A program made the position numbers and the translations under genes. The notes beneath the pieces were generated by a model. It made no database searches, had not been told where the DNA came from, and saw nothing but the letters and a program-made list of their open reading frames with translations. Positions 1-10,114 of a stretch of 64,000 nt of DNA are shown in pieces. Origin of the DNA: Gammaproteobacteria bacterium (lineage in GTDB: Bacteria > Pseudomonadota > Gammaproteobacteria > UBA4575). How positions within the stretch are numbered: the first letter of the stretch is position 1; each line of letters opens with the position of its first letter. Location: NCBI GenBank assembly GCA_965243395.1, contig CBDEUS010000001.1:544001-608000 (forward strand), in the 5' to 3' direction.

Positions 1-573
1 GAACATGTGAAAGAATCTCCAAAAGTAATTACTGTGCCCTTGATCTTATTAGCAATTCCTTCTGTCATCGCGGGTTACTTTATTGGCAGCATCGCAATAG
101 GTGATTACTTTGCAGAAAGTATTTTTGTGGCTGAATCACACCGAGCTGTTGCAGAACTGCAATCTCATTACCATGGGGTAATTAAGTTCACTTTGCATGC
201 TTTTGCAGTACCTACACTTTACTTAGCGGCGGCGGGTGTCGTCCTTGCTTGGATTTTTTATATCTACAAACCACAACTCGCGGAAACACTAAAACAAAAA
301 TTCAAAGCGATTCATACACTCTTATATAACAAGTATGGCATTGATGAGTTGTACCAAGCTTTGTTTGCAACAGGGTTTAAAAAAATTGGCGCCTTCTGTG
401 ATTCCTTTGGTGATCGATTATTAATTGATGGATTGGTCGTTAATGGTTCCGCAAAAATCGTTAACTGGTTTTCATCTAAAGTGCGCGGGATTCAAACCGG
501 TTATCTTTACCACTATGCCTTTGCCATGATCATTGGTTTATTAATTCTTATGAGCAAACTCTTTTTGCAATAG
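1..573 (+). CDS. nuoL: NADH-quinone oxidoreductase subunit L, 3' part (runs off window edge)
   Basis: ESPKVITVPL..LAIPS and IQTGYLYHYAFAM match the NuoL C-terminus; immediately precedes nuoM. Confidence 0.93.
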   Translation, partial: EHVKESPKVITVPLILLAIPSVIAGYFIGSIAIGDYFAESIFVAESHRAVAELQSHYHGVIKFTLHAFAVPTLYLAAAGVVLAWIFYIYKPQLAETLKQKFKAIHTLLYNKYGIDELYQALFATGFKKIGAFCDSFGDRLLIDGLVVNGSAKIVNWFSSKVRGIQTGYLYHYAFAMIIGLLILMSKLFLQ

Positions 574-578
574 TTACT

Positions 579-2090
579 ATGCTTACCTCTTTGCCAATTT
601 TAAGTACATTAATATGGCTGCCTATCATAGGTGGTTTGTTGGTACTCGTTGCAAAGAAAGTTTCAGTCTCTAGTGTACCCTGGTTGTCATTGCTTATAGC
701 CATCGCAACTTTTCTTGTGAGCATAGTATTAGCGAAAGGTTTTGATAGCAGTCAACATGCTATGCAGTTTTATGAGCACTTTGCATGGATAAAGGTTTTC
801 GATATTTATTATGCCCTTGGTGTTGACGGTATTGCAGTTCCACTAATACTGCTCACCACTGTAATGACGGTGCTTGTGATCATCGCAGGATGGGAAATTT
901 CAAAAGAGCGAATAGCAGAATATTTCGCAGCTTTTTTGATTCTCGAAGGATTAATGATCGGAGTGTTTTGCGCATTGGATGCAATTCTTTTTTATATCTT
1001 CTTCGAAGGTATGTTGATCCCTATGTTTTTAATTATTGGGATATGGGGTGGTCCAAGAAGGGTGTATGCAACGATCAAGTTTTTCTTGTATACCTTCTTT
1101 GGTTCGGTATTTTTATTGATCGCATTAATATATTTATATCTCAATGCCGGGACTTTCGAAATCGCGGCTCTACAACTTGCAACACTAGATCAGACTCAAC
1201 AATTATTTTTATTTTTGGCATTCTTTATAGCTTTTGCGGTTAAGATTCCAATGTGGCCGGTACATACCTGGCTGCCCGATGCACACGTAGAAGCCCCCAC
1301 AGGTGGGTCAGTAATTTTGGCGGCCATAATGTTGAAAGTTGGTGGGTACGGCTTTTTACGTTTTAGTATTCCAATAACACCATATGCAAGTAGTCAACTT
1401 GCCTATTTAATCATTGCAATTTCGCTCATCGCGGTTGTGTATATCGGTTATGTAGCTTTGGCGCAGCGCGATATGAAAAAACTTATTGCCTATTCTTCGA
1501 TAGCACATATGGGGTTTGTTACTCTCGGCTTTTTCGTTATTTATAAATTAACGTTTGCCAACAGTTCATACTCAGAACTGGCTCTACAAGGCGGTATGGT
1601 GCAAATGATCTCACATGGATTTATATCGGGGGCGATGTTCTTGTGTGTGGGGGTTTTATACGATCGTATGCATAGTCGACAAATTGCAGATTATGGTGGC
1701 GTGGTTAATACCATGCCAAAGTTTGCAACGTTCTTTGTAATTTTTGCTATGGCGAATGCAGGATTACCAGGTACTTCTGGTTTCGTGGGTGAATTCATGG
1801 TGATTCTGGCTAGTTTCAAAGCCAATGTTTGGATTGCGTTCTTGGCGGCGACCACTTTAATTCTTGGTGCGGCCTATACGCTTTGGATGATTAAACGCGT
1901 GTTATTTGGCTCAGTAGCAAATGATGAAGTAGCCAAACTCAAAGATATTAATACACGAGAGTTTTTCTGTTTATTTGTTCTAACAATATTAGTTCTCTGG
2001 ATCGGGCTTTGGCCAGCACCCTTAATTGAAATGATGGATGCTTCAGTTACAAACTTGTTATATCAAGCTCATCAAACAAACCTTCCATAA
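579..2090 (+). CDS. nuoM: NADH-quinone oxidoreductase subunit M
   Basis: AFAVKIPMWPVHTWLPDAHVEAPTGGS motif; 503-aa polytopic membrane protein; operon order. Confidence 0.97.
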   Translation: MLTSLPILSTLIWLPIIGGLLVLVAKKVSVSSVPWLSLLIAIATFLVSIVLAKGFDSSQHAMQFYEHFAWIKVFDIYYALGVDGIAVPLILLTTVMTVLVIIAGWEISKERIAEYFAAFLILEGLMIGVFCALDAILFYIFFEGMLIPMFLIIGIWGGPRRVYATIKFFLYTFFGSVFLLIALIYLYLNAGTFEIAALQLATLDQTQQLFLFLAFFIAFAVKIPMWPVHTWLPDAHVEAPTGGSVILAAIMLKVGGYGFLRFSIPITPYASSQLAYLIIAISLIAVVYIGYVALAQRDMKKLIAYSSIAHMGFVTLGFFVIYKLTFANSSYSELALQGGMVQMISHGFISGAMFLCVGVLYDRMHSRQIADYGGVVNTMPKFATFFVIFAMANAGLPGTSGFVGEFMVILASFKANVWIAFLAATTLILGAAYTLWMIKRVLFGSVANDEVAKLKDINTREFFCLFVLTILVLWIGLWPAPLIEMMDASVTNLLYQAHQTNLP

Positions 2091-2096
2091 AAAATT

Positions 2097-3587
2097 ATGA
2101 ACAGCTTAGATATATATTCACTTGAATCACTTCCTGATTTCTCAAATTCATTGATGGATTGGTTTGTGCTGATGCCAGAAATATTTATGTTATTAGCGGC
2201 ATCTTCAATTCTAATGATTGGTTTGTTTACGGGTCGCAAGAATGAGCTTATTACTTATCTATTGAGCTTAGCTACCTTACTGGTGATGATTTATTTATTA
2301 GTAGGGGCTAATAAATATAATGATTCAATACTGTTTGATGGAATGTATGTGATAGATAGTCTGGCTAATTTCATCAAAATATTAGTATGCATAACGGTTA
2401 TAGCTATATTTATTTATGTGCGACCATACTTAGTAAATCGAAATTTTGCTAAGCCAGAGTTTTATATTCTAGGTTTGTTTGCAACGCTTGGTATGCTGAT
2501 CATGGCATCAGCACAAAATTTCATTACGATTTATCTGGGCCTAGAATTGCTTTCTTTATGTCTATACGCACTTGTTGCTTATGTACGTGATTCCAATAAT
2601 GCTTCTGAAGCAGCCATTAAGTATTTTGTATTGGGTGCCATAGCTTCGGGAATGCTTTTGTATGGCATGTCTATCTTATACGGTATTACGGGTTCCTTAA
2701 GTTTGAATGAGATTAGTCTCTATTTAGCTGATCAAAGTGATATCAATATCGGTTTAATTTTTGCCTTAACATTTATTGTTATAGGTGTGGCATTCAAATT
2801 TGGTGCAGTACCTTTTCATATGTGGGTTCCTGATGTTTATCAAGGCGCGCCTACAGCAGTAACCCTTTTCATTGCAACCGCTCCAAAATTTGCGGCGTTT
2901 GTGATGGCAATACGTTTGCTAAGCGATGGGTTGCAACCCTTATATATTGATTGGCAGCAAATGCTGATCATTCTTGCAGTTTTGTCATTAATTTTAGGAA
3001 ATGTCATAGCTATAGCGCAAACTCATATTAAACGCATGCTGGCATACTCAACTATTTCACATATTGGTTTTGTCTTGCTTGGACTGCTATCGGGTGAAGA
3101 TTTTGCTTATGCATCTGCATTGTTTTATACCGCGGTATACGTATTAATGGCGGCAGGTACCTTTGCAGTACTACTAATGCTTAAAAATGATGCTAGTGAT
3201 CGTTATGAAGATGTCGATAAGCTAACTGATTTTAAAGGTTTAAGTCAGTCACATCCGTGGTTAGCTTTTTTGATGTTGCTGTTAATGTTTTCAATGGCGG
3301 GAGTACCGTTAACAGTAGGATTTTATGCAAAATTGTATGTACTACAAAGTTTGGTGTACAACGATTTTATTTGGTTAGCAGTATTGGCGGTAGTTATGTC
3401 TATCGTGGGAGCTTTTTATTACTTGCGTGTAATTAAATACATGTACTTTGACGAGATAGAAGACACTTTAACATCACAAAATGCACCGATAGCGACGGCA
3501 GTACTTTCTATCAATGGGTTATTAATTGTCGGTTTGTTTATTTTTCCAAACTATTTGCTCAATTATTGTGTAAGCGTGTTTGGTTAA
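2097..3587 (+). CDS. nuoN: NADH-quinone oxidoreductase subunit N
   Basis: EAAIKYFVLGA, FKFGAVPFHMWVPDVYQGAP and KRMLAYSTISH motifs. Confidence 0.97.
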   Translation: MNSLDIYSLESLPDFSNSLMDWFVLMPEIFMLLAASSILMIGLFTGRKNELITYLLSLATLLVMIYLLVGANKYNDSILFDGMYVIDSLANFIKILVCITVIAIFIYVRPYLVNRNFAKPEFYILGLFATLGMLIMASAQNFITIYLGLELLSLCLYALVAYVRDSNNASEAAIKYFVLGAIASGMLLYGMSILYGITGSLSLNEISLYLADQSDINIGLIFALTFIVIGVAFKFGAVPFHMWVPDVYQGAPTAVTLFIATAPKFAAFVMAIRLLSDGLQPLYIDWQQMLIILAVLSLILGNVIAIAQTHIKRMLAYSTISHIGFVLLGLLSGEDFAYASALFYTAVYVLMAAGTFAVLLMLKNDASDRYEDVDKLTDFKGLSQSHPWLAFLMLLLMFSMAGVPLTVGFYAKLYVLQSLVYNDFIWLAVLAVVMSIVGAFYYLRVIKYMYFDEIEDTLTSQNAPIATAVLSINGLLIVGLFIFPNYLLNYCVSVFG

Positions 3588-3642
3588 TAAATTGAGAAAG
3601 AATTGTGTTGCTTGATTTACGACTCATACCGAGTCGCAGGAT

Positions 3643-3719
3643 TGGTAGCGGGGGCAGGATTTGAACCTGCGACCTTCGGGTTATGAGCCCGACGAGCTGC
3701 CAGACTGCTCCACCCCGCA
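3643..3719 (-). tRNA. initiator tRNA-fMet (CAT)
   Basis: Reverse complement TGCGGGG-TGGAGCAGTCTGGCAGCTCG-TCGGG-CTCATAA-CCCGA-AGGTC-GCAGG-TTCAAAT-CCTGC-CCCCGCT-ACCA; three G:C pairs in the anticodon stem, unpaired 1:72, encoded CCA. Confidence 0.97.
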
Positions 3720-3736
3720 TCGATCTGAGGCGCAAA

Positions 3737-3765
3737 AGTGTACTCAGGTGAGATTGATAATTCAA
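3737..3765 (-). promoter_or_regulatory. sigma70 promoter of tRNA-fMet
   Basis: Minus strand TTGAAT-17 nt-TACACT just upstream of the tRNA 5' end. Confidence 0.6.
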
Positions 3766-3857
3766 GCTACTGTTTTATAAGAAAAACTTACGGCCTTTCA
3801 CAAAATGAAAGTTTTTGGAGTTAAGATATATAAGACTATGTGGCGCTTCTTGAACTA

Positions 3858-4172
3858 ATGCTGATTACATTTGAATCAAAAGCCTATGCAAATATCACCA
3901 TGTTTGGGGATATCGCAAAAAAATTGATCAAATATATGGGGCATAGTGGCTCTGTACCGGGCGCTATATTGGCTGAAGACTTGTCTGTTGCACTGGAGCA
4001 TTTACGATCATCTGTGCAATCTGAGATGGTTAATGAGCAGGCAAATGAATCGAAACGAGAACAAGAAGATAGTGAAAATTATGTGAGCATAGATAAGCGA
4101 GCGAAGCCACTGATTGAATTACTTGAAGCCGCGATTGCACAAAATGTTGACGTTATGTGGGATCAATCATAA
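3858..4172 (+). CDS. DUF1840-family protein
   Basis: MLITFESKAYANITMFGDIA..L..MG.SG.VPGAI and RAKPLIELL patterns; ATG 3858 preferred to GTG 3840. Confidence 0.75.
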   Translation: MLITFESKAYANITMFGDIAKKLIKYMGHSGSVPGAILAEDLSVALEHLRSSVQSEMVNEQANESKREQEDSENYVSIDKRAKPLIELLEAAIAQNVDVMWDQS

Positions 4173-4381
4173 GTTCACCCTCATAAAAACATCGCAAAAA
4201 TCTTATTAAATATATGTAAATAAATGATGCATTTACAGCTAGTTAGAGCATATAGTTAAGATTCTATTGTATTTTTACTAGGGTATTCAGTTCAGTTAAT
4301 AACACGGTATAATGGACCATTAAAAATAATACATACCGTCAAATTAGAATATCAATAAAGACTTAATTAAGGAGTTTGCAA

Positions 4382-4744
4382 ATGAGTGAAGCCAGCTTAT
4401 ATGAGCGTCTCGGTGGAGGAGACAAAATCAGAGATATCGTTGCCGATGTATGGGCAAATCATACTAGTAACCCTAAGGTTAAAAATCGTTATGTGAATAG
4501 TGACGGTGAAAAGGTTAAGCAAGTGGTATGGGAATTTTTCTGTTCGGGTATCGGTGGGCCTCAAGAGTACACGGGTCAAGACATGCTTACTGCTCACACG
4601 GGTATGAATATCAATGATACCGAATTCAATGCTGTATGCGATGACGTGCTAGCTGCATTAGACAAGAATAATGTGGGTCAGAAGGAAAGAGATGAAGTGC
4701 TTTGTATCCTCTATTCCATGAAAGGCGATATTGTCGACGTATAA
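4382..4744 (+). CDS. group I truncated hemoglobin (2/2 globin)
   Basis: LYERLGG, GGP..YTG..M..AH.GMNI...EF; AGGAG RBS upstream of ATG 4382. Confidence 0.88.
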   Translation: MSEASLYERLGGGDKIRDIVADVWANHTSNPKVKNRYVNSDGEKVKQVVWEFFCSGIGGPQEYTGQDMLTAHTGMNINDTEFNAVCDDVLAALDKNNVGQKERDEVLCILYSMKGDIVDV

Positions 4745-4764
4745 TTAGCTGTTTTAGAAAGCCT

Positions 4765-4795
4765 AAAAAAAGCCCGAGTTCACCCGGGCTTTTTT
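4765..4795. terminator. bidirectional intrinsic terminator after the globin gene
   Basis: A-run-AGCCCG-loop-CGGGCT-T-run. Confidence 0.8.
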
Positions 4796-4957
4796 ATGCG
4801 TGTTAATTTATCCATCAGGTTGCGATTAGCCCATCTCCAAATTTTAGCCATCGGTCCGCATCACTTTATATATTGGACCATAGCTTGATGACTTGATGCT
4901 TTTTACCTATACTAACTGCGTTTTAGTTTTGCTAAGTCATTGTTTTTCAATGATTCG

Positions 4958-4982
4958 AAAGGGCCCTATAAGGGCCTTTTTT
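4958..4982 (+). promoter_or_regulatory. terminator-like hairpin in the rimP leader (rimP-leader attenuator-like)
   Basis: GGCCCT-ATA-AGGGCC-TTTTTT about 50 nt upstream of rimP; such a leader hairpin is known in gammaproteobacteria. Confidence 0.6.
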
Positions 4983-5032
4983 ATTGGTTAAGAAAATATA
5001 GCCAATAATTTAGCTATACATATATATAAGAG

Positions 5033-5515
5033 GTGAACTTGTTTAATGATCCATATGGCATTGTCCCGATAGTTGAACCTGTCATTGTAGGGATGGGTTA
5101 TGACTTTTGGGGCATAGAGTGTCAGGTGAGTGCGAATACCGCACAAGTGAGGATATTTATTGATCAGAAAAAGGGCATAACACTGGATGATTGTTCGCGA
5201 GTCAGTCAACAACTCAGTGCAGTATTGGATGTTGAGGACCCTGTTGAGGTGCCTTATACATTGGAAATTTCATCACCCGGGATCAATCGCAAGCTATTTA
5301 CAACCGAGCAAATGAAACGCTCTGTGGGTAGTGAGGTGAAGGTGAAAACGAGTTGGCCAATAGAAGAGCGAAGAAATATTCGTGGAGTTTTGCAACATGT
5401 CGATGAGGAAAACATAACTGTTCTAACCGATGAAGCTGAAAGTTTTGTTATTCCGGTTGCTGCCATTAAAAACGCAAGACTGAATGTAGATTTAAATTTA
5501 AAAGTTAACCATTAA
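5033..5515 (+). CDS. rimP: ribosome maturation factor RimP
   Basis: GITLDDC..VS...SAVLDVEDP....YTLEISSPG; precedes nusA. Confidence 0.96.
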   Translation: MNLFNDPYGIVPIVEPVIVGMGYDFWGIECQVSANTAQVRIFIDQKKGITLDDCSRVSQQLSAVLDVEDPVEVPYTLEISSPGINRKLFTTEQMKRSVGSEVKVKTSWPIEERRNIRGVLQHVDEENITVLTDEAESFVIPVAAIKNARLNVDLNLKVNH

Positions 5516-5538
5516 ATTTTTTAAGTTAGCAAGTAATT

Positions 5539-7044
5539 ATGAACAAAGAAATTTTACTCGTAGCCGACGCAGTTTCTAACGAGAAAGGTGTCGACAAAGA
5601 TATTATTTTCCAAGCCATAGAAGCGGCATTAGCTACTGCCGCTCGAAAAAAACATGGTATGGAAATGGACATACGTGTCGCAATTGATCGCGAATCTGGC
5701 GATTATGAATCTTTTCGTCGTTGGGAAGTGTTAGATGATGAAGATCCTGAATTTGAATCTACTGAAAGACAAATTCTTTATAGCTACGCAATTCAAAATC
5801 ATCCGGATATTCAAATAGGCGAATACATAGAAGAGCCGGTCGAGTCGGTTGCATTTGGAAGGATTTCTGCGCATACGGCTAAACAGGTCATTGTGCAAAA
5901 AATTCGCGAAGCTGAACGTTCACAAATTGTTGATATTTTCCAAGACCGCGTCGGTGAATTAGTAATGGGTGTGGTTAAACGCACGGATCATTCTGGCACT
6001 TATATTGATCTTGGAAATAATGCGGAAGGATATATACCACGTGATCATATGATTGCACGTGAGGCGATGCGTCCGGGTGATCGAGTGCGTGCATTCTTGC
6101 ATGAAGTCCGTGAAGAAGTGCGTGGCCCACAATTATTTTTAACACGTACTGCACCAGAGTTTTTAATTGAATTGTTTAAGCTTGAAGTTCCTGAAGTTGG
6201 GCAAGGCTTGATTGAAGTACTTTCAGCTGCACGTGATCCAGGGTTGCGCGCCAAAATTGCGGTGAAATCTAATGACCCTCGATTAGATCCTGTGGGTGCA
6301 TGTGTGGGAATGCGTGGTTCTCGGGTGCAATCTGTTTCCAACGAACTTGCGGGTGAACGTATAGATATTATTCTCTGGGATGAAAACCCAGCACAATATG
6401 TTATCAACGCAATGTCGCCAGCAGCAGTAACTTCTATCGTAGTAGATGAAGATAAAAATAGTATGGACATTGCAGTTGAAGATGAAAAGCTTTCTCAAGC
6501 CATTGGTCGGGGTGGACAAAATGTCAAGCTTGCGAGCCAGTTAACAGGTTGGGAACTTAACGTAATGACTGAAGGTCAGGCGGAAGAAAAAAGTGAAGTC
6601 GAGACACGTCAAATTGTGGAAATGTTTATGTCCCAACTTGATGTCGATGAAGAAGTAGCTGTAATTCTTGCTCAGGAAGGTTTTTCAAGTGTTGAAGAAG
6701 TAGCATATGTGCCACCTAAAGAACTGGTGGAAGTGGAAGAGTTTGATGAAGAGATTGTTGAAGAACTGCGCGCACGAGCAAGAGATGTGCTGCTAACCAC
6801 TGCATTGGCTACAGAAGAAAAATATGCGGATGCTGAGCCATCAGCAGATCTTTTAAATATGGAAGGCATGGATAAAGATCTTGCATTCGAGCTTGCTTGC
6901 AGAGGCATAGCCACTATGGAAGATTTGGCTGAACAGTCTGTAGATGAACTGTTAGAAATTGAAGGTTTGGATTCTGATCGTGCAGGTGCATTAATTATGG
7001 CGGCACGTGCTCCTTGGTTTGAAAACGATAGTGCAACTACTTAA
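5539..7044 (+). CDS. nusA: transcription termination/antitermination factor NusA
   Basis: MNKEILLVADAVSNEKGV start, DPVGACVGMRGSRVQ, AIGRGGQNV KH motifs, acidic C-terminal repeats. Confidence 0.99.
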   Translation: MNKEILLVADAVSNEKGVDKDIIFQAIEAALATAARKKHGMEMDIRVAIDRESGDYESFRRWEVLDDEDPEFESTERQILYSYAIQNHPDIQIGEYIEEPVESVAFGRISAHTAKQVIVQKIREAERSQIVDIFQDRVGELVMGVVKRTDHSGTYIDLGNNAEGYIPRDHMIAREAMRPGDRVRAFLHEVREEVRGPQLFLTRTAPEFLIELFKLEVPEVGQGLIEVLSAARDPGLRAKIAVKSNDPRLDPVGACVGMRGSRVQSVSNELAGERIDIILWDENPAQYVINAMSPAAVTSIVVDEDKNSMDIAVEDEKLSQAIGRGGQNVKLASQLTGWELNVMTEGQAEEKSEVETRQIVEMFMSQLDVDEEVAVILAQEGFSSVEEVAYVPPKELVEVEEFDEEIVEELRARARDVLLTTALATEEKYADAEPSADLLNMEGMDKDLAFELACRGIATMEDLAEQSVDELLEIEGLDSDRAGALIMAARAPWFENDSATT

Positions 7045-7081
7045 TTAATATTTTAGTTATCAAATTTATACCTAATAAATA

Positions 7082-9619
7082 ATGAGTGAAGTAACGGTCA
7101 AACAGCTTGCAGATGTAGTGAATACACCTGTTGAAAAATTACTGGAGCAGCTTTCTGAAGCTGGTTTAGAGTTTAGTGCTGCTGACCAAATGGTTTCAGA
7201 TGAGCAAAAAATGCAATTGCTCGATCATTTGCGCAACAGTCGTGCAAAAGCAACAAAAAGTGTTTCAAGTGAAGGAAAAAAAATCACTTTACGCAGAAAA
7301 AGCACTTCACAGTTAAAGGTCGGGGGCTCTACTGGCAGAAATGCTAGTGGCGCGAATACCGTTAATGTCGAAGTTCGACGTAAGCGTACCTATGTTAAGC
7401 GTAGTGTTGTACTGGAAGAAGCTGCTAAAGAAGAACAAAAACGTGCTGAGCAACAAGCTGTTCGTGAAAAAGAAATTGCTGAACAACTAGAGCAAGCGGC
7501 TAAAGAAAAAGAAAAAGCAGAAAAAGCCAAACAGCAAGCTGAAGAAGAAGCTCAAAAAGCACTACAAGAGCAACAAGAAGTTGAAGTAGTTAAACAAAAA
7601 ACTCCTGAGCAAGAGGCGGTAGAGCAAGCTGCTGCAGAAGAAGCAGAAGCTGAAGTTGACCAGCCAGTTCCTAGCATTGAGGATGCGCCTCCTGTAGAAG
7701 TAGAAAAAGTTGTAAAAGAAGAAAAGAAGTCTAGTAAACCTAAAAGACAAGAACTGCATGTTGCAAGTGACAAGCGCGGTAAACGTAAGACTAAACCTAA
7801 ACAGCGTCGACCCGGCAAAGTCGCTCCCAGCGAAAAACACCAATTTGAAAAACCTGTTGAGCCTATTAAACGAGAAATATTAGTTCCTGAAAGTATTTCC
7901 GTTTCTGATCTTGCACAAAAAATGGCAATTAAAGCTGCAGAAGTTATTGCCGTGATGATGAAAATGGGGGTAATGGCAACGATCAATCAAATCATTGATC
8001 AAGATACGGCCATATTGGTCGTTGAAGAGATTGGCCATGAAGCCAAACCAATGGAAGCAACCAGCATAGAAGATGATGTTTTGCAGGTTGACTATGATGA
8101 ATCTGAAGCAAAAACAAGAAATCCTGTAGTAACCGTCATGGGTCATGTGGACCACGGTAAAACATCATTACTAGATTATATTCGTAGTACTAAAGTTGCG
8201 TCTGGAGAAGCAGGTGGTATTACACAACACATTGGTGCATACAGTGTAAGTACCGACAAGGGCACAATCACATTTTTGGATACACCTGGTCATGCTGCAT
8301 TTACCGCAATGCGCGCGCGAGGAGCACAAGCTACTGACATTGTAGTTTTAGTCGTTGCAGCAGATGACGGAGTAATGCCACAAACAAAAGAAGCTGTTGA
8401 ACATTCGCGTGCCGCAGAAGTACCTATGATTGTGGCAGTGAATAAAACAGATAAAGAAGACTCAGATCCGGAACGTGTACGTAATGAACTTGCTGCATTA
8501 GAAGTGCTCCCTGAAGATTGGGGTGGCGATACTATTTTTATAAATGTATCTGCACATACGGGTAAAGGTATCGATGAATTATTAGAGGCCATTATTTTGC
8601 AAGCTGAAATTTTGGAGCTTAAAGCTGTTGATCATGGCCCAGCATCTGGAATCGTAATCGAGTCTTCTCTTGATAAAGGCCGTGGCCCGGTTGCAACTGT
8701 ATTAGTTCAACAGGGCATGTTATCTAAGGGTGATATGTTATTAACAGGTGAAGAATTTGGGCGAATTCGTGCAATGTTTGATGAAGATGGCAATGAAATT
8801 GATAATGCCGGCCCTTCAACTCCAGTAGTAGTACTAGGCTTGTCAGGTGCTGCAAATGCAGGTGAAGAAGCCATAGTTGTTGCTGATGAGCGAAAAGTTC
8901 GTGAAATAGTTGATTTACGAAAGAGTAAATCCAGGGATTCAAAATTTGCTGCCCAACAAGCTTCTAAATTAGAAGACGTGTTTAGTCAAATGGGTGAAGG
9001 GGACACGGCAGCAGTCAATGTATTAATTAAAGCTGATGTTCAAGGTAGTGCCGAGGCACTTAAAGATTCGTTAGAAAAACTTTCTACAGAGGAAGTTAAG
9101 GTTAAAATTGTTATGGCGAGTGTTGGGGGAATAAATGAATCAGATGTAAATCTTGCAGAGGCTTCTAAGGCAATAATTATAGGTTTCAACGTGCGTGCTG
9201 ATAATGCTGCAAAAAGAACTGCAGGAGATGTTGGAGTAGAAATTCGATATTACAGTATCATTTATGAAGCGATTGATGATGTTAAGCTTGCAATGGGCGG
9301 TTTGTTGTCTCCTGAGTTGCGTGAAGAGATTATTGGTCTCGCAGAAGTAAAGGATGTGTTTAGATCTTCTAAAATGGGCGCAGTTGCAGGCACACAGGTT
9401 GTTGAAGGCGTCATAAAACGTGGCAATCCAATTCGCGTATTACGAGACAATGTAGTTGTTTATGAGGGAGAGTTAGAATCATTGCGACGCCACAAAGATG
9501 ACGTCAATGAAGTAAAGTCCGGTACAGAATGCGGTATCGCAGTCAAAAACTATAATGATGTACAGGTGGGGGATCAGATTGAAGTTTATGAGCGGACTGA
9601 AATCGCCCGCACAATTTAG
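7082..9619 (+). CDS. infB: translation initiation factor IF-2
   Basis: [20 protein letters not shown] and NKTD GTPase motifs. Confidence 0.99.
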   Translation: MSEVTVKQLADVVNTPVEKLLEQLSEAGLEFSAADQMVSDEQKMQLLDHLRNSRAKATKSVSSEGKKITLRRKSTSQLKVGGSTGRNASGANTVNVEVRRKRTYVKRSVVLEEAAKEEQKRAEQQAVREKEIAEQLEQAAKEKEKAEKAKQQAEEEAQKALQEQQEVEVVKQKTPEQEAVEQAAAEEAEAEVDQPVPSIEDAPPVEVEKVVKEEKKSSKPKRQELHVASDKRGKRKTKPKQRRPGKVAPSEKHQFEKPVEPIKREILVPESISVSDLAQKMAIKAAEVIAVMMKMGVMATINQIIDQDTAILVVEEIGHEAKPMEATSIEDDVLQVDYDESEAKTRNPVVTVMGHVDHGKTSLLDYIRSTKVASGEAGGITQHIGAYSVSTDKGTITFLDTPGHAAFTAMRARGAQATDIVVLVVAADDGVMPQTKEAVEHSRAAEVPMIVAVNKTDKEDSDPERVRNELAALEVLPEDWGGDTIFINVSAHTGKGIDELLEAIILQAEILELKAVDHGPASGIVIESSLDKGRGPVATVLVQQGMLSKGDMLLTGEEFGRIRAMFDEDGNEIDNAGPSTPVVVLGLSGAANAGEEAIVVADERKVREIVDLRKSKSRDSKFAAQQASKLEDVFSQMGEGDTAAVNVLIKADVQGSAEALKDSLEKLSTEEVKVKIVMASVGGINESDVNLAEASKAIIIGFNVRADNAAKRTAGDVGVEIRYYSIIYEAIDDVKLAMGGLLSPELREEIIGLAEVKDVFRSSKMGAVAGTQVVEGVIKRGNPIRVLRDNVVVYEGELESLRRHKDDVNEVKSGTECGIAVKNYNDVQVGDQIEVYERTEIARTI

Positions 9620-9737
9620 GAAACCCTGATTTATCTCAATACTTTGTTAAAATTTCTCGAATTCGCTCATGTATAATTCAATACACATCGCTCTTCTCGA
9701 AATTTTTTGCCTCGTCTTGAGAAAAATCAGAATTTCT
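9619..9737. mobile_element. ~119-bp MITE-like palindromic element between infB and rbfA
   Basis: Terminal IRs GGAAACCCTGATTTA / AAAATCAGAATTTCT (11/15 complementary); TTTA direct repeat at 9615-9618 and 9738-9741; nested internal stems. Confidence 0.6.
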
Positions 9738-9760
9738 TTTAGTTCAAGCTAAGCCAGTTA

Positions 9761-10111
9761 ATGCAAGATCAATCCAGTAGACCGCTCCGCGTAGGGGAAC
9801 AACTGCGTCGCGAAATTACTAATCTATTACGCAATGAAGTTAAAGATCCTCGTATTTCAGAAGTCATTATTTATGATGTTGTGGTAAGCAAAGACTTAGG
9901 TATAGCAAAAGTATATTTTAGTCCAATGGAGTTGCAACAGGATGCAGCTGAAGTGAAAGAAGGCTTGCAAAGTGCCAGTGGGTTTTTGCGAACCCAACTA
10001 AGCAGAGCATTGCGTATGCGTAAAATTCCTGAGTTACGTTTTATTTTAGATGAAACTGAAGCTACCAGTGATCGTATTGAACAACTCATTCAACAAGGTC
10101 TGAATAAATAA
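9761..10111 (+). CDS. rbfA: ribosome-binding factor A
   Basis: RVGEQLRREI..L...VKDPR, VSKDL..AKVY, RKIPELRF..D. Confidence 0.96.
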   Translation: MQDQSSRPLRVGEQLRREITNLLRNEVKDPRISEVIIYDVVVSKDLGIAKVYFSPMELQQDAAEVKEGLQSASGFLRTQLSRALRMRKIPELRFILDETEATSDRIEQLIQQGLNK

Positions 10112-10114
10112 TAA

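Noticed and set aside
3559-3765. 68-aa minus-strand ORF
   Set aside because: It is a translation of the tRNA-fMet gene and its promoter.
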